From Pseudomonadota bacterium (GTDB lineage: Bacteria > Bdellovibrionota_C > UBA2361 > OMII01): 45,546 nt of DNA. How positions within the stretch are numbered: the stretch's first letter is position 1; every line of letters starts with the position of its first letter. Shown here in pieces: positions 35,155 through 44,291 of the stretch. A program made the translations under genes and the position numbers. Location of the stretch: the NCBI GenBank assembly GCA_043771805.1, contig JAYVGZ010000122.1, forward strand, positions 1-45,546. Direction: 5' to 3'. A model generated the notes under the pieces. That model saw nothing but the letters and a program-made list of their open reading frames with translations, was not told where the DNA came from and searched no databases.

Positions 35155-36306
35155 ATGAATTCAGAACAGCCAAATTGTGCACGGTGTGGGGTAGCGAATT
35201 CAGCTGGAGCGAAGTTCTGCTCAGCGTGTGGAAGAAGCCTCTTCGTAAAGTCACTTTCTCAGATTCTACTGGGGCTTTCAGGTCGGCAAGCCGTTACCCT
35301 TCTTTCGACTGTAGCCCTGGCCTTCGGTTCTGCTTACGGCCTCCAAAGCTACAACCACTTCAGGCGCGGAGTCGAAAAACCGACAGAGGACTATCAACCT
35401 CCTGCGAACGGCGGGCAGCCACCCGCTGGGCACCCAGGGTCCGCCGCACCGGTAAAGGATGATCCTGAACTTGCTGCCCTGAGGGCTGCTGCTGAGAAGG
35501 AGCCGCAGGATCTAAAAAAACTGAGGGCTTTTGCAGGCGGTCTTGCTGATCGATTGCGCAGTAATCCCGAGGCGCCGCCGCAGCTAGCTTTTGATGCTAT
35601 TGATACCTTGAGTCGGATACTTCAGGTCCTTCCCGAAGATGCTGAAAGTCTCGTAATGATGGCTGATGTCTCGTTTGATCAACGGGCGTTCAACAAGGCG
35701 CTTGAATTTTATCAGCGTTATCTCAAATTACAGCCGGACGACGCAGGAGCTCGTGCAAGGTATGCAAGCACCCTTACATTCCTTGGCAAATACGACGAGT
35801 CGATCCGTGAATTGGATGGGATACTCGAAAAAGACCCGAAAAATTTCCCAGCGATGGCCTACTTAGCAATTACTTACGCCCAGCAGGGAAAAATGGATAA
35901 GGCGAAAGAGTTGGGAGCTACGGCACTTTCAATCGCGCCAACAGATGAGGCGAGGGCGCGGTTTTCTGCGTTTGTAACTTCTCTCGATTCGGCGGAAATC
36001 AAGGGGCCTGCTGAGGAGGCACCGAGAGGACAAACTGCACCACGCGGAGTGCCACTGATTATTTCTGCGATTCAGAATAACCCAATTGCAGGGCAAAAGT
36101 TTGTTCGTTTTGAAGATAAGGATCCCGCGGTTCTGCGGCTGTATTTCAAAGATTTTCCAATGCAGGCGATGCCGCCATTTGCGAAGGAGAAGTTCTACTC
36201 AGGAATTAGAGCGAAGGTGAAAGAAGCGCAGCTAGCAACCTTGAAAGAGATTCAATTTCTGGATGCAGATTCCGGACTTGAATTGGATAAGTTGGGGATT
36301 GAATAG
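35155..36306 (+). CDS. zinc-ribbon, single-TM, TPR-repeat protein
   Basis: N-terminal CARCG...CSACG zinc ribbon, one TM helix, a Pro/Ala-rich linker, then TPR-like repeats (ALEFYQRYLKLQPDDAGARARYASTL...). Confidence 0.75.
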   Translation: MNSEQPNCARCGVANSAGAKFCSACGRSLFVKSLSQILLGLSGRQAVTLLSTVALAFGSAYGLQSYNHFRRGVEKPTEDYQPPANGGQPPAGHPGSAAPVKDDPELAALRAAAEKEPQDLKKLRAFAGGLADRLRSNPEAPPQLAFDAIDTLSRILQVLPEDAESLVMMADVSFDQRAFNKALEFYQRYLKLQPDDAGARARYASTLTFLGKYDESIRELDGILEKDPKNFPAMAYLAITYAQQGKMDKAKELGATALSIAPTDEARARFSAFVTSLDSAEIKGPAEEAPRGQTAPRGVPLIISAIQNNPIAGQKFVRFEDKDPAVLRLYFKDFPMQAMPPFAKEKFYSGIRAKVKEAQLATLKEIQFLDADSGLELDKLGIE

Positions 36307-36310
36307 TAGT

Positions 36311-36342
36311 GACCCAATCCCAAGATCGAAGGGGATTGGGTC
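36311..36342. terminator. perfect 11-bp stem-loop between convergent genes
   Basis: gacccaatccc (36311-36321) pairs with gggattgggtc (36332-36342). There is no clear U-tract on either strand. Confidence 0.4.
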
Positions 36343-36351
36343 AAAGGTCAG

Positions 36352-36543
36352 TTAGGCAACACGGCTTACTGTTGACTGGTCATCCTTTGCAGACCTTGCT
36401 TCCGGTTGTCCGTTGTCGGCGCTCGCCTCTTGTACTTCCTCTTTTGGCTTAGCTTGCACCGCTTCTTTCTTTTTTTCTTCAACCTTTTGCTTCGGGGCAA
36501 GTTCAGGTGTTCGTTGTGCCGGAGCTCCAATTGATGATGCCAT
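36352..36543 (-). CDS. small Lys/Glu/Ala/Pro-rich, probably disordered protein
   Basis: 63 aa from an ATG preceded by an aggaga RBS (8-nt spacing). Low-complexity sequence KQKVEEKKKEAVQAKPKEEVQE. No family recognised. Confidence 0.4.
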   Translation of the reverse strand: MASSIGAPAQRTPELAPKQKVEEKKKEAVQAKPKEEVQEASADNGQPEARSAKDDQSTVSRVA

Positions 36544-36763
36544 GTGTACTTCTCCTAACCCGTCCATAGTTCGGAAAGATGAATTCCCGTAGTGCTAGCT
36601 CAGATTGGTGCGGCTGACGGAAAAGATACCACCCACCCGAACGTAGCGGCGAAAGCCCGATTGAGCCTCGATCATCTACCTAAGCACTCTGGCGACCGTT
36701 TCCTGGGAATCCTTTAGAAGCGGGCGCCCTATCGTATTCAACAGCAAGTTTTTTTGTGGTTTA

Positions 36764-37000
36764 CAGGCTAAGTAGCTGACTAGCCTGAATGCCGTGAGGC
36801 ATTCAGGGTAAGCGTTCAGGATGCAACACCCGAATGGTGTTGCCAAATCGGTGCGTTAGCACTGATTTGTAGGGGGTCTTTGGTTCGACACTGTGTCGTG
36901 GCGAATCAAAGACCCCCGCTTTGAAAAATGGCCACGGAGCCCCATTTTTCAAAGGATTTCTCATGTCTCGGCCGATCAGGCCGAGGTCCGTGAGAAATCC
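36764..37000. other. array of seven consecutive near-perfect stem-loops (structured ncRNA/UTR or REP/BIME-like palindrome cluster)
   Basis: Stems are at 36764-70/36781-87, 36784-93/36798-807, 36823-30/36836-43, 36845-54/36859-68, 36872-82/36907-17, 36919-31/36942-54 and 36954-65/36989-37000. Stem lengths are 7-13 bp and spacers are 0-15 nt (five of six are 4 nt or less). Confidence 0.7.
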
Positions 37001-37015
37001 AGGCTAGTCCTTGCT

Positions 37016-37636
37016 TTACGCCCATGTAAGGGATGCTAGCCACCCGCCAAAGAGGGTAATGCAAGAGAGCAGTTTTGCAGCAAAGGGCAACCTCGACGAT
37101 TTCTTGATAGTACCTGTTCGATCGAATTCAGACCAAATGGTGAAGAAAACCATTCCGATCCATGACCAGAAAAATAGTTGGGCTACTACCTGGAACGGGA
37201 AATTTACCGTCGGAGCGTGCGCCTCTCTGACGATGCTCGATGGAGTGGGGGCGAGGAGAGTCATTTCATTCTCGACCTGTTCAATGGGGACTCCGTTCCA
37301 AGCCCCGGGTAAGAACCACCACATTGAGCGGGACACGAAAAGCCCGCGCTTAAGCTGTTCGAGACATTCGAGACGAACCGCAGAAGCTCTACTTTCTTGG
37401 CGACAGAGAATGAACAGTTCGTGAGAACTTTCTGCAGCGAAAGAGTTATAAGGTGTGCGCCAGGAGATCGATGACCGGTAGGCGGTTATCGCTCCGTCCA
37501 CGTCACCTTTTGCTAGTCCCTCTCGGGCGGAATGAAGGAACAACCGTGATTCGTAGTATGGGCGTAACAAAACGGGGGCCGCCAGAACGAGCACCAAGCA
37601 AAGAGTAGAGAGTAATCTAAGTGGGATAGATTTCAA
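37016..37636 (-). CDS. membrane protein of unknown function, last gene of the GT2/TMTC-like operon
   Basis: 206 aa with an N-terminal TM or signal helix, a soluble middle and two C-terminal TM helices. Lies 11 nt downstream of the TMTC-like gene. Confidence 0.55.
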   Translation of the reverse strand: MKSIPLRLLSTLCLVLVLAAPVLLRPYYESRLFLHSAREGLAKGDVDGAITAYRSSISWRTPYNSFAAESSHELFILCRQESRASAVRLECLEQLKRGLFVSRSMWWFLPGAWNGVPIEQVENEMTLLAPTPSSIVREAHAPTVNFPFQVVAQLFFWSWIGMVFFTIWSEFDRTGTIKKSSRLPFAAKLLSCITLFGGWLASLTWA

Positions 37637-37647
37637 TGAGGCACGAT

Positions 37648-39300
37648 TTAGGGGCTAGCGTTTAATTGTAGATCTTTCCAGCGAGTAGTTAAATTTAAAA
37701 ACTCACTAGTATCAGGCGTAAGTCTTGAAAGTCGAGCGTAAATCTCGTCATAGCGATATTTATCTTTGCGCTCTACGGCTAACGCAAGTAATCCGGTTAA
37801 AGCCTCAACGTTGTTGGGGTCAAGGGCAACAGCTTGCAAAAAAAGCTTCTCAGCGTTTTCGAGTTCGCCTCGGTTCGCGTAAATACGCCCGAGAAGTTGA
37901 AGACTTGGTGTGTGAGAGGCATTTATTTTGAGGGCCTCATGAAGCCAGTGCTCAGCCCCAGCGGTGAGTCCTTTTTGTGTGTAGATTGAAGCGAGCCCGA
38001 AGGCAGCATCAGCGTACTGAGGATACATCGCTAGCGCTGCTCGAAGGCGTGCTTGGCTTCCGTCAAGGTCTCCCTGGTTACGAAGAAGAATACCGTAATT
38101 GAGCTGAGCCTTAACGCTGTTCGGCGATGCTTCTATCTGGTGCGAAAAGAGAGCTGCATTATCCCGCCATAGAGGGATGGTCCACCACGTAACGGCGAGA
38201 TATCCGAAGGCGATAGGCGGGCCCAGCCGACTCCAGCTCGATTGAGCCACTAAAGAGACGAAAGTGAGGACTAGACCAACACTTGGTGCATACAGTAAAC
38301 GCTCACCAAAGATTGTACCGATGGGGAAGAAAATGTTTGAAGTTAAAGCAAATGCGGTCAGAAACCAGAGGGTTCCAAGTCGGGTTACATGAACGCGAAA
38401 GGCTAGTAGGAAAAGAAGCGCGCAAACTCCGCTGTATCCAATTAGCCAAAGTAGAGAGTTCGATGGGAGAAGAGATCCGTACGAGTAATCGGAACCAAGG
38501 CCATAGGGAACAAAAGTGATAGTGATATACCTTCCAAGAAGGGCAAACGCTGCAAGGGAGCGAAACGGCTGTTGTAGGAGTAGCAGCGGGTTATCCAGCG
38601 GATCTATTGCGGCCGCAGAGATGAGCGCAGTATTCAATGCATAGAATCTAAGGGAGCCGAAGCTAAGCACTGCGAGCATAAGGGCTGCTGAGTAGCGAAC
38701 TCGGTGACGTCCCGCACAGTACAGAATGAGTACTCCCCAAAGCGCCCCGTTCTCCTTGCTACACATTGAGAGCGCATAAAGGAGCGACGATGGAGCGATT
38801 CTGAGCCATGACACTTTAGAATGAGCCTCATTAGCTTTCTGCGAAAGCAGAACTGCAGTCAGTCCGAATGCAGCCGAAAGCAATTCAGCACGACCTGTAA
38901 CATTAGCAACTACTTCACCGTGAACCGGCAAAGTGCACCAGATTAAGGTGCTGAGGAACGCAACGGTGAGGGGTACGAGCCTTTGCAGGACACCAAATGC
39001 GAGCACGGTTACAACGACATGGAGGAGAATGTTCGTGGCGTGGTGTGGTAACGGATTTTTACCAGCCCACAGATACAGTAATCCGTTCGACAGAACCGTA
39101 ACAGGTCGGTAGAGGTTGCCGGGAAAGATCGGATGAAGTAGTGCCGCGAGCAACTCTTCTGGCTGCCGAATCGTAGGGTTGTTAACGATATGGATAAAAT
39201 CGTCTAGGGCGAAGCTGTTGGTCAGGGAGGGAATGAAAGCGACGAGAGAAGCAAAGATGAGAGAGAGGTACTGAATTTTGGTGGGATTTTGCGTACTCAC
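37648..39300 (-). CDS. TMTC-like GT-C membrane glycosyltransferase with C-terminal TPR repeats
   Basis: N-terminal FALDDFIHIVNNPTI...YRPVTVLS...HHATNILLH motif typical of bacterial TMTC/DUF1736-like proteins. About 11 TM helices, then TPR repeats (YGILLRNQGDLDGSQARLRAALAMYPQYADA...). Confidence 0.7.
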   Translation of the reverse strand: MSTQNPTKIQYLSLIFASLVAFIPSLTNSFALDDFIHIVNNPTIRQPEELLAALLHPIFPGNLYRPVTVLSNGLLYLWAGKNPLPHHATNILLHVVVTVLAFGVLQRLVPLTVAFLSTLIWCTLPVHGEVVANVTGRAELLSAAFGLTAVLLSQKANEAHSKVSWLRIAPSSLLYALSMCSKENGALWGVLILYCAGRHRVRYSAALMLAVLSFGSLRFYALNTALISAAAIDPLDNPLLLLQQPFRSLAAFALLGRYITITFVPYGLGSDYSYGSLLPSNSLLWLIGYSGVCALLFLLAFRVHVTRLGTLWFLTAFALTSNIFFPIGTIFGERLLYAPSVGLVLTFVSLVAQSSWSRLGPPIAFGYLAVTWWTIPLWRDNAALFSHQIEASPNSVKAQLNYGILLRNQGDLDGSQARLRAALAMYPQYADAAFGLASIYTQKGLTAGAEHWLHEALKINASHTPSLQLLGRIYANRGELENAEKLFLQAVALDPNNVEALTGLLALAVERKDKYRYDEIYARLSRLTPDTSEFLNLTTRWKDLQLNASP

Positions 39301-39378
39301 ATCAGTCCGAAGTGTCGTCTTGCATTGGCAGCGATCGTAAGGCGCTTCCGTTCTTTGAACAAGGCGGCAATCGACGAG

Positions 39379-40344
39379 CTAATGAATCTGTCCATGCGCC
39401 GATCGTTCATGAGCGCGGGCCATTTCAGCCACGTCCTTGTACTTCTCTGTTTCTTCAACAGAGAAAAGCCGGTCTCCGCGCTCTAATCGCATAGAGGCGA
39501 TTTGCTCAGCGATTAATCCCAACATAAAGATGATGATCGAGGAATTGATCAATAGGTGGGACATATTGGTGAATCGGCCCATCGTTGAAAACGTATAGAT
39601 GTAGCGGAATATTCCGCAGAAGAAGAGAAATGAACTCACGGGGAGAAACACTCTCAAGGGAGAAAATGACATCGCAATCTTGGTGATGATGAGGAGAAAC
39701 TCGAAGCCATCAGAGAGAATGCGGATCTTGCTCGTGCCAATTCGAAACCGGGTCTTTATCGGAACGTATGCGACTGAGCGGCCAGACCTGATAAAAGCAA
39801 GTGTCGACGTTGTCGGATACGAAAAACGGTTCGGAAACATATCGCAGAATCGAAGGGCGTCTTCCCGGCGCATGACGCGAAAGCCACTTGTGAGGTCATG
39901 AATTTCGAAGTCAGCGATGAACGAAGCGAATGTGTTGTAGAAGATATTGGCCATGTCTCGGTGCCAGTGGCTTTCTGACCCCTTGGTACGAGCGCCGACG
40001 ACCATGTGAAATTTATCGATTAGTGCGACCAGTCGAGGGATGTCGTTCGGTTCGTGTTGCCCGTCACCGTCCATAAACAGCAGCACTTTTCCGTTCGACC
40101 CGCGAATGCCCGTCTTTACCGAGGCTCCATTGCCAATATTGTAAGGGTGAGAAATAACGCGCGCCCCAGCCGTTTGGGCCACTTCTCGTGTGTGATCGGT
40201 GCTTCCGTCGTCTACAACCAGCAGTTCAAAACTAGCTAAATTTAGGGCAAGGATAGCCTCAATGGTTTGACCGATAACACGATCTTCATTGTAAGCTGGT
40301 ATAATGATAGATAGTAATGGGGCTTCTGGGCCTGTACTCGTCAT
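39379..40344 (-). CDS. GT2 polyprenyl-phosphate glycosyltransferase (DPM1/GtrB-like)
   Basis: LSIIIPAYNEDR, VVDDGSTDHT, FMDGDGQHEPNDIPRL, and C-terminal TM helices. Confidence 0.85.
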   Translation of the reverse strand: MTSTGPEAPLLSIIIPAYNEDRVIGQTIEAILALNLASFELLVVDDGSTDHTREVAQTAGARVISHPYNIGNGASVKTGIRGSNGKVLLFMDGDGQHEPNDIPRLVALIDKFHMVVGARTKGSESHWHRDMANIFYNTFASFIADFEIHDLTSGFRVMRREDALRFCDMFPNRFSYPTTSTLAFIRSGRSVAYVPIKTRFRIGTSKIRILSDGFEFLLIITKIAMSFSPLRVFLPVSSFLFFCGIFRYIYTFSTMGRFTNMSHLLINSSIIIFMLGLIAEQIASMRLERGDRLFSVEETEKYKDVAEMARAHERSAHGQIH

Positions 40345-40433
40345 GTCTCACCGTACACTTATCCGTGTGATTTCGATGATGTAGAGAGCCTTAAAGGTTC
40401 GTAGATAACCGAAAACCTTACAGAGTTTATTCT

Positions 40434-41012
40434 ATGAATATTGATCACAGTAACGAATCTTGGTTGGCAGCAGTCACCGATACCTTCGCGTCTTATCGGC
40501 GAATGATAGACGCCGCAGTGAAACAGTTGTCGAATGAACAGCTTCGTATCCGACTGCAGCCGGGTGTTAATTCTGTAGCCGTCATCCTTAGGCACCTCGC
40601 GGGTAACTTAAAGAGTCGATGGACAGAGATCTTCACCACCGACGGCGAAAAGCCAGACCGAGATCGAGATTCTGAGTTTCAAGATTGGGAAGGAGACCGC
40701 GAGTCGCTTGAAAGGTACTTCAACGAGGGCTGGGCTGTGTTTGAAGCAATCTTGCGAGGGCTTTCCCACGATGACTTTGCGCGCAAAGTTGTCATTCGAG
40801 GGGAAGCGCAAACTTTGCAAGAAGCGCTTCTCGGAGCCCTTACTCACGTCTCCTACCATGTTGGTCAGATAATGATGATAGCGCGCACTGTTCATGAGGG
40901 AGAGTGGAAGTGGCTTACGATCGCACCCAATGAGAGTGCGAAACACAACTCGGAGACATGGGGCACGTCGATGAGCCGTGGGATTGCGGGGGACGACGGA
41001 GAGAAGCGATAG
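40434..41012 (+). CDS. DinB-superfamily protein (DUF1572-like)
   Basis: LRHLAGNLKSRWT and THVSYHVGQIMMIAR are His-containing helices typical of the DinB four-helix bundle. Confidence 0.7.
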   Translation: MNIDHSNESWLAAVTDTFASYRRMIDAAVKQLSNEQLRIRLQPGVNSVAVILRHLAGNLKSRWTEIFTTDGEKPDRDRDSEFQDWEGDRESLERYFNEGWAVFEAILRGLSHDDFARKVVIRGEAQTLQEALLGALTHVSYHVGQIMMIARTVHEGEWKWLTIAPNESAKHNSETWGTSMSRGIAGDDGEKR

Positions 41013-41048
41013 TCGGCTCACAATCTTTCAATTCGGTCTAGTAATCAC

Positions 41049-42191
41049 ATGCACTTTCTCTTCGCCTACTACACTCATAAACCCGGAGGCATGTGTAAGC
41101 GTCTCTATAGAGCTATGCATGCGGCAGCAGAGAGGGGTCACAAGGTAACATTTTGCACACTTGATCATCCCCCAATTGAAGTCCACGATGGAATGAGTAT
41201 CACGCTCGTTCCCTTCCCGTTACGGCGGAGAAACGGGCTTCTGTTTTGGGGGCTGTTCTCGGCTTGGCTGCCACTGTGGTTGCTGAAAGAGGTCCTCGTA
41301 AAAAAACCGGATCGTCTCGTTGCTTTTGGAGCTTACTACAGCTGCGCTATGGCGCTTGCGAGCTGGATAGCCTCGAAACCGACCATTCTTTTCCTCCGAT
41401 CTCTCACCTTTCGAAATGATGTATTGACAGGGAAGCCCGGTTGGTTGCGAAGAATTACTGGGACGGTCGATTGGATCGGCATCCGCGCTGCCCAGCGAGT
41501 GGTTTGCATGACGAGGAGCATGCAAGCAGAGGCGCAGGCGTTCTCGGGGCGAGATCTCGCTCAATTTGGTCTTCTTCCGAATGACATACCGAAAGAAATT
41601 GCTGCTAATGGGGCGCAATGCGACGGCGAATCTTCTTTGCCAGTAGGCGCTCAAGAATGCGTGAGCCGGGGAGGGATCGTGGCGGCGACGGCAGGGGTTC
41701 TCGACCGCCGCAAGAATGTATCGGTCCTGATTGAGGCATTGTCGCTTTATGAAAAAAATCTAGACACTCCTCCAGTGCACTTGATTGTTGCAGGAGAAGG
41801 AGCAGAACGGGCCGCGCTAACTCACCTTAGCGATCAGCTTGTACCGGGTATGGTTTCGTTTGTTGGATGGACGACCAACACTGCAGCACTCTTCTCCAGA
41901 GTCTCGCTAGTGCTTCACCCGGCTCTGCACGAGGGCATCCCTAATGTGGTCTTGGAGGCTCTGGCCGTAGGTACCCCCGTTGTGGTGTCTGATATTCCAG
42001 AGCACGCTGAAATCTTCTCCTCTGAGTTGATGCGCTGCGCACCTGGTGAGGCTGAGGCGTGGTTCCGCCTGCTGCTCCGCTTCTCAACGGAGGCAGCCTT
42101 TCGTCAATCCTTAATGGCGGCCGGCCAAGAGGTTCGTAACAGATTGATCTTTGATTGGGATCAACAGGTGATTGAACGAATTCTTGACTAG
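41049..42191 (+). CDS. GT4-family (GT-B) glycosyltransferase
   Basis: E-x7-E motif HEGIPNVVLEALAVGTPVV. 380 aa. Confidence 0.8.
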   Translation: MHFLFAYYTHKPGGMCKRLYRAMHAAAERGHKVTFCTLDHPPIEVHDGMSITLVPFPLRRRNGLLFWGLFSAWLPLWLLKEVLVKKPDRLVAFGAYYSCAMALASWIASKPTILFLRSLTFRNDVLTGKPGWLRRITGTVDWIGIRAAQRVVCMTRSMQAEAQAFSGRDLAQFGLLPNDIPKEIAANGAQCDGESSLPVGAQECVSRGGIVAATAGVLDRRKNVSVLIEALSLYEKNLDTPPVHLIVAGEGAERAALTHLSDQLVPGMVSFVGWTTNTAALFSRVSLVLHPALHEGIPNVVLEALAVGTPVVVSDIPEHAEIFSSELMRCAPGEAEAWFRLLLRFSTEAAFRQSLMAAGQEVRNRLIFDWDQQVIERILD

Positions 42192-42273
42192 GGCTTGTAA
42201 GAGTGCCGTGTTTCTTGCGGTGTGACCACCGCTGCGTTGCTAGCCGCCCTCTCGCTACGAAAACCTGTGAGCG

Positions 42274-42660
42274 ATGGCGGCCAGCCTTCCGTCAAGATGT
42301 TGTATTAGGAACTCATTCAAGAGCGACCTCCCAGCATGTCCCCAATGTCAGTCAGAATTAGCCTACGAAGACGGCAATCTCTTTGGGTGCCCTGAGTGTG
42401 CTCAAGAGTGGTTCCTTGAACAGCCTGTAGAAATTCCAGAACAAAGTTCGGTCGTGAAGGACTCCAACGGTCAACCGCTGCAGGATGGAGATACCGTTAC
42501 TGTCATTAAAGATTGAAAGGACAAGGGCACATCCTCTATCGTCAAGGTTGGTACTAAGGTGCGTATCCTTAGACTTCGTGACAGTGACCACGATAACGAC
42601 TGCAAAACTGATGGAATTGGGGCGACGAAGTTGAAGTCGGCGTTTGTAAGGAAGGCATAA
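42274..42660 (+). pseudogene. phnA: PhnA/YjdM zinc-ribbon protein interrupted by an in-frame TGA
   Basis: CPQCQSELAYEDGNLFGCPECAQEW...[67 protein letters not shown] aligns along its length with E. coli YjdM. The TGA at 42514-42516 replaces the conserved Leu of DLKVKGSSS. The N-terminal start is uncertain. Confidence 0.8.
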
Positions 42661-42679
42661 AGCGGTGCGGCCGAGTTCG

Positions 42680-43822
42680 CTAAAATAACTTTCTCTCCCA
42701 AAGCAGCTGAAGAAAATCTTTCCAGGGAACAATCTCAATATTTTTCTCTGTCCTCTTTAGCGGATCTCTCGAAACAAGAAGGTATTTCTTTACCTTCCCC
42801 TCTTCCATCAAGGTTTTCAATCCGCTCAGGTGTCGTTCAGAAACTCTCTCCGCTGATTTCACCTCAATGGCGCATTGATCACCAACTATGAAGTCAACCT
42901 CGTGTTGTGATGTTGTTCTCCAGTACATTAACTCCGAGTCGCTTTCGGTGTAGGAAAGGTACGCGCGTAGCTCTTGAGCTATAAAGTGTTCGAAGGCGTT
43001 CCCAAAAGCCTCCGATCCCTCAACGACTGGACCCCTTTTTGCCATGGCGCCTGCGACCCCAACATCAAAGAGGTAGAACTTAGAGCGCGACACAGCCTTG
43101 CGTTTTTTTGTCTTCGAGAAGGGGCGAACCTGAAATCCGATGAGCGTATCCTCCAGGATTTCAAAATAAGATGCGACAGTCCGGGGAGGAACGCCTGCAT
43201 CAGAGCCTATCTGCTCAAAGTTGATCTCCTTGCCGCTGCTAAGCGCAGCCGTATCAAGGAATCGAGCGAAGTGGTCTATCTTTCTTACCAATGCCTCACC
43301 TGCTACCTCTTCCTTTAAGTACAGAGAGAGGTAGTTCTTTAATTCGTCTTGCGGATAGTGCGAGAAATAGATTGCAGGCAACCCGCCGTGTGAGAGGTAC
43401 CGCTCCAAATGAAAATGTTCTTTCAATTCAAAGCTAGTGAGAGGGAGCAGCTTGCATTCCCACGCTCGTCCACCGAGAAGGTTTGCGCCTCCCCGCTTCA
43501 GTTTTCGTGCGCTTGAGCCGGTAAGGAGAAAGCGAACATTTTTCGATTCTATGAGTCGGTGGACTTCGTTGAGGAGATTGGGAAGGCGTTGGATCTCATC
43601 CACTATGACAAGTTCGGCCGGACCTATCAGTTCTTCAATTAGTGCTGGTCTGCGGAGAAGCCGGGAGTAGATGTCGTCGTTTAGGAGGTTCAATGCAAGT
43701 GCGTCGGCCTTTAGGAAAGAGTGTTCTGTTAGCTTTGTTTTGCCAGTGCCGCGTGCGCCAAAGAGGAAGTGGCTCTTTTTTGCAAGTAATTCAGGTAGGT
43801 TAAGGGAGCGTTCGATGAACAT
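42680..43822 (-). CDS. AAA+ ATPase of the AAA_14/DUF4143 family (second paralog)
   Basis: Walker A GARGTGKT, Walker B VIVDEIQ, TGSSARKLKRGGA, and a C-terminal EVDFIV...IEVK motif. The likely start is MFIERS (43822); the track ORF begins at 43861. Confidence 0.85.
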   Translation of the reverse strand: MFIERSLNLPELLAKKSHFLFGARGTGKTKLTEHSFLKADALALNLLNDDIYSRLLRRPALIEELIGPAELVIVDEIQRLPNLLNEVHRLIESKNVRFLLTGSSARKLKRGGANLLGGRAWECKLLPLTSFELKEHFHLERYLSHGGLPAIYFSHYPQDELKNYLSLYLKEEVAGEALVRKIDHFARFLDTAALSSGKEINFEQIGSDAGVPPRTVASYFEILEDTLIGFQVRPFSKTKKRKAVSRSKFYLFDVGVAGAMAKRGPVVEGSEAFGNAFEHFIAQELRAYLSYTESDSELMYWRTTSQHEVDFIVGDQCAIEVKSAERVSERHLSGLKTLMEEGKVKKYLLVSRDPLKRTEKNIEIVPWKDFLQLLWERKLF

Positions 43823-43852
43823 GACTATATGATGCCGTAAATTAGTAATAAT

Positions 43853-43868
43853 CCGCAACATGTTGCGG
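43853..43868. repeat. perfect 16-bp palindrome upstream of, or at the alternative start of, the second AAA ATPase gene
   Basis: ccgcaacatgttgcgg. Its central catg contains the alternative ATG at 43861. Confidence 0.9.
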
Positions 43869-44291
43869 GAAAATGGATAACTTCAGTAGAAATATTCAAC
43901 ATGCTGTAATATTGATGATTTCCGACCCCATGCCACCTGCCCAACTCTAATACTTCTATGGACGTGAAAATCAGAGATGTACCTCTTTGCTCGCCAAAAG
44001 GTTGCTCATGACGGGACTCTAGGACTGCGAATGGTAGTTTTTGAATGATCGGGCCGGACCCGCCGGCGAACGACGACTATTTCGCACGCGGAAGCCCTTA
44101 ACATATGTTGGGACTACAGCCTTGCAGGCAAGTTTAATTGATAGGTTTTGACTGGACTTCTTAATTGCGCAGGAGCTATCGACTTGTAGAAACTCTCAAG
44201 GAAAGCCCATGATGACTCAATCGGTTGACCACGTACCACTATCGGCTCAACTGACTGATACGGCTTGAGAATCAATTGATTTTCCTATCAA

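Noticed and set aside
36351-36562. Integron attC-like core site GTTAGGC at 36351-36357 with a possible inverse core (tcctaac) at ~36554.
   Set aside because: The inverse core does not fit RYYYAAC, there is no integrase or attI in the window, and the interval is occupied by an ORF with a good RBS. Most likely coincidence.
36587-36680. tRNA- or tmRNA-like string tagctcagattggt and a ggttcga-like string at 36882.
   Set aside because: No acceptor stem, anticodon arm or GTTCRANYC T-loop can be assembled around either string. There is no CCA-proximal pairing and no tag reading frame.
42514-42516. TGA recoding (genetic code 4/25 or selenocysteine) as the explanation for the phnA in-frame stop.
   Set aside because: TGA terminates ccmF, ccmC, ccmD and secA at positions expected from homologs. 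The interrupted position is a conserved Leu, not Trp, Gly, Cys or Sec. No SECIS-like hairpin is evident immediately downstream.
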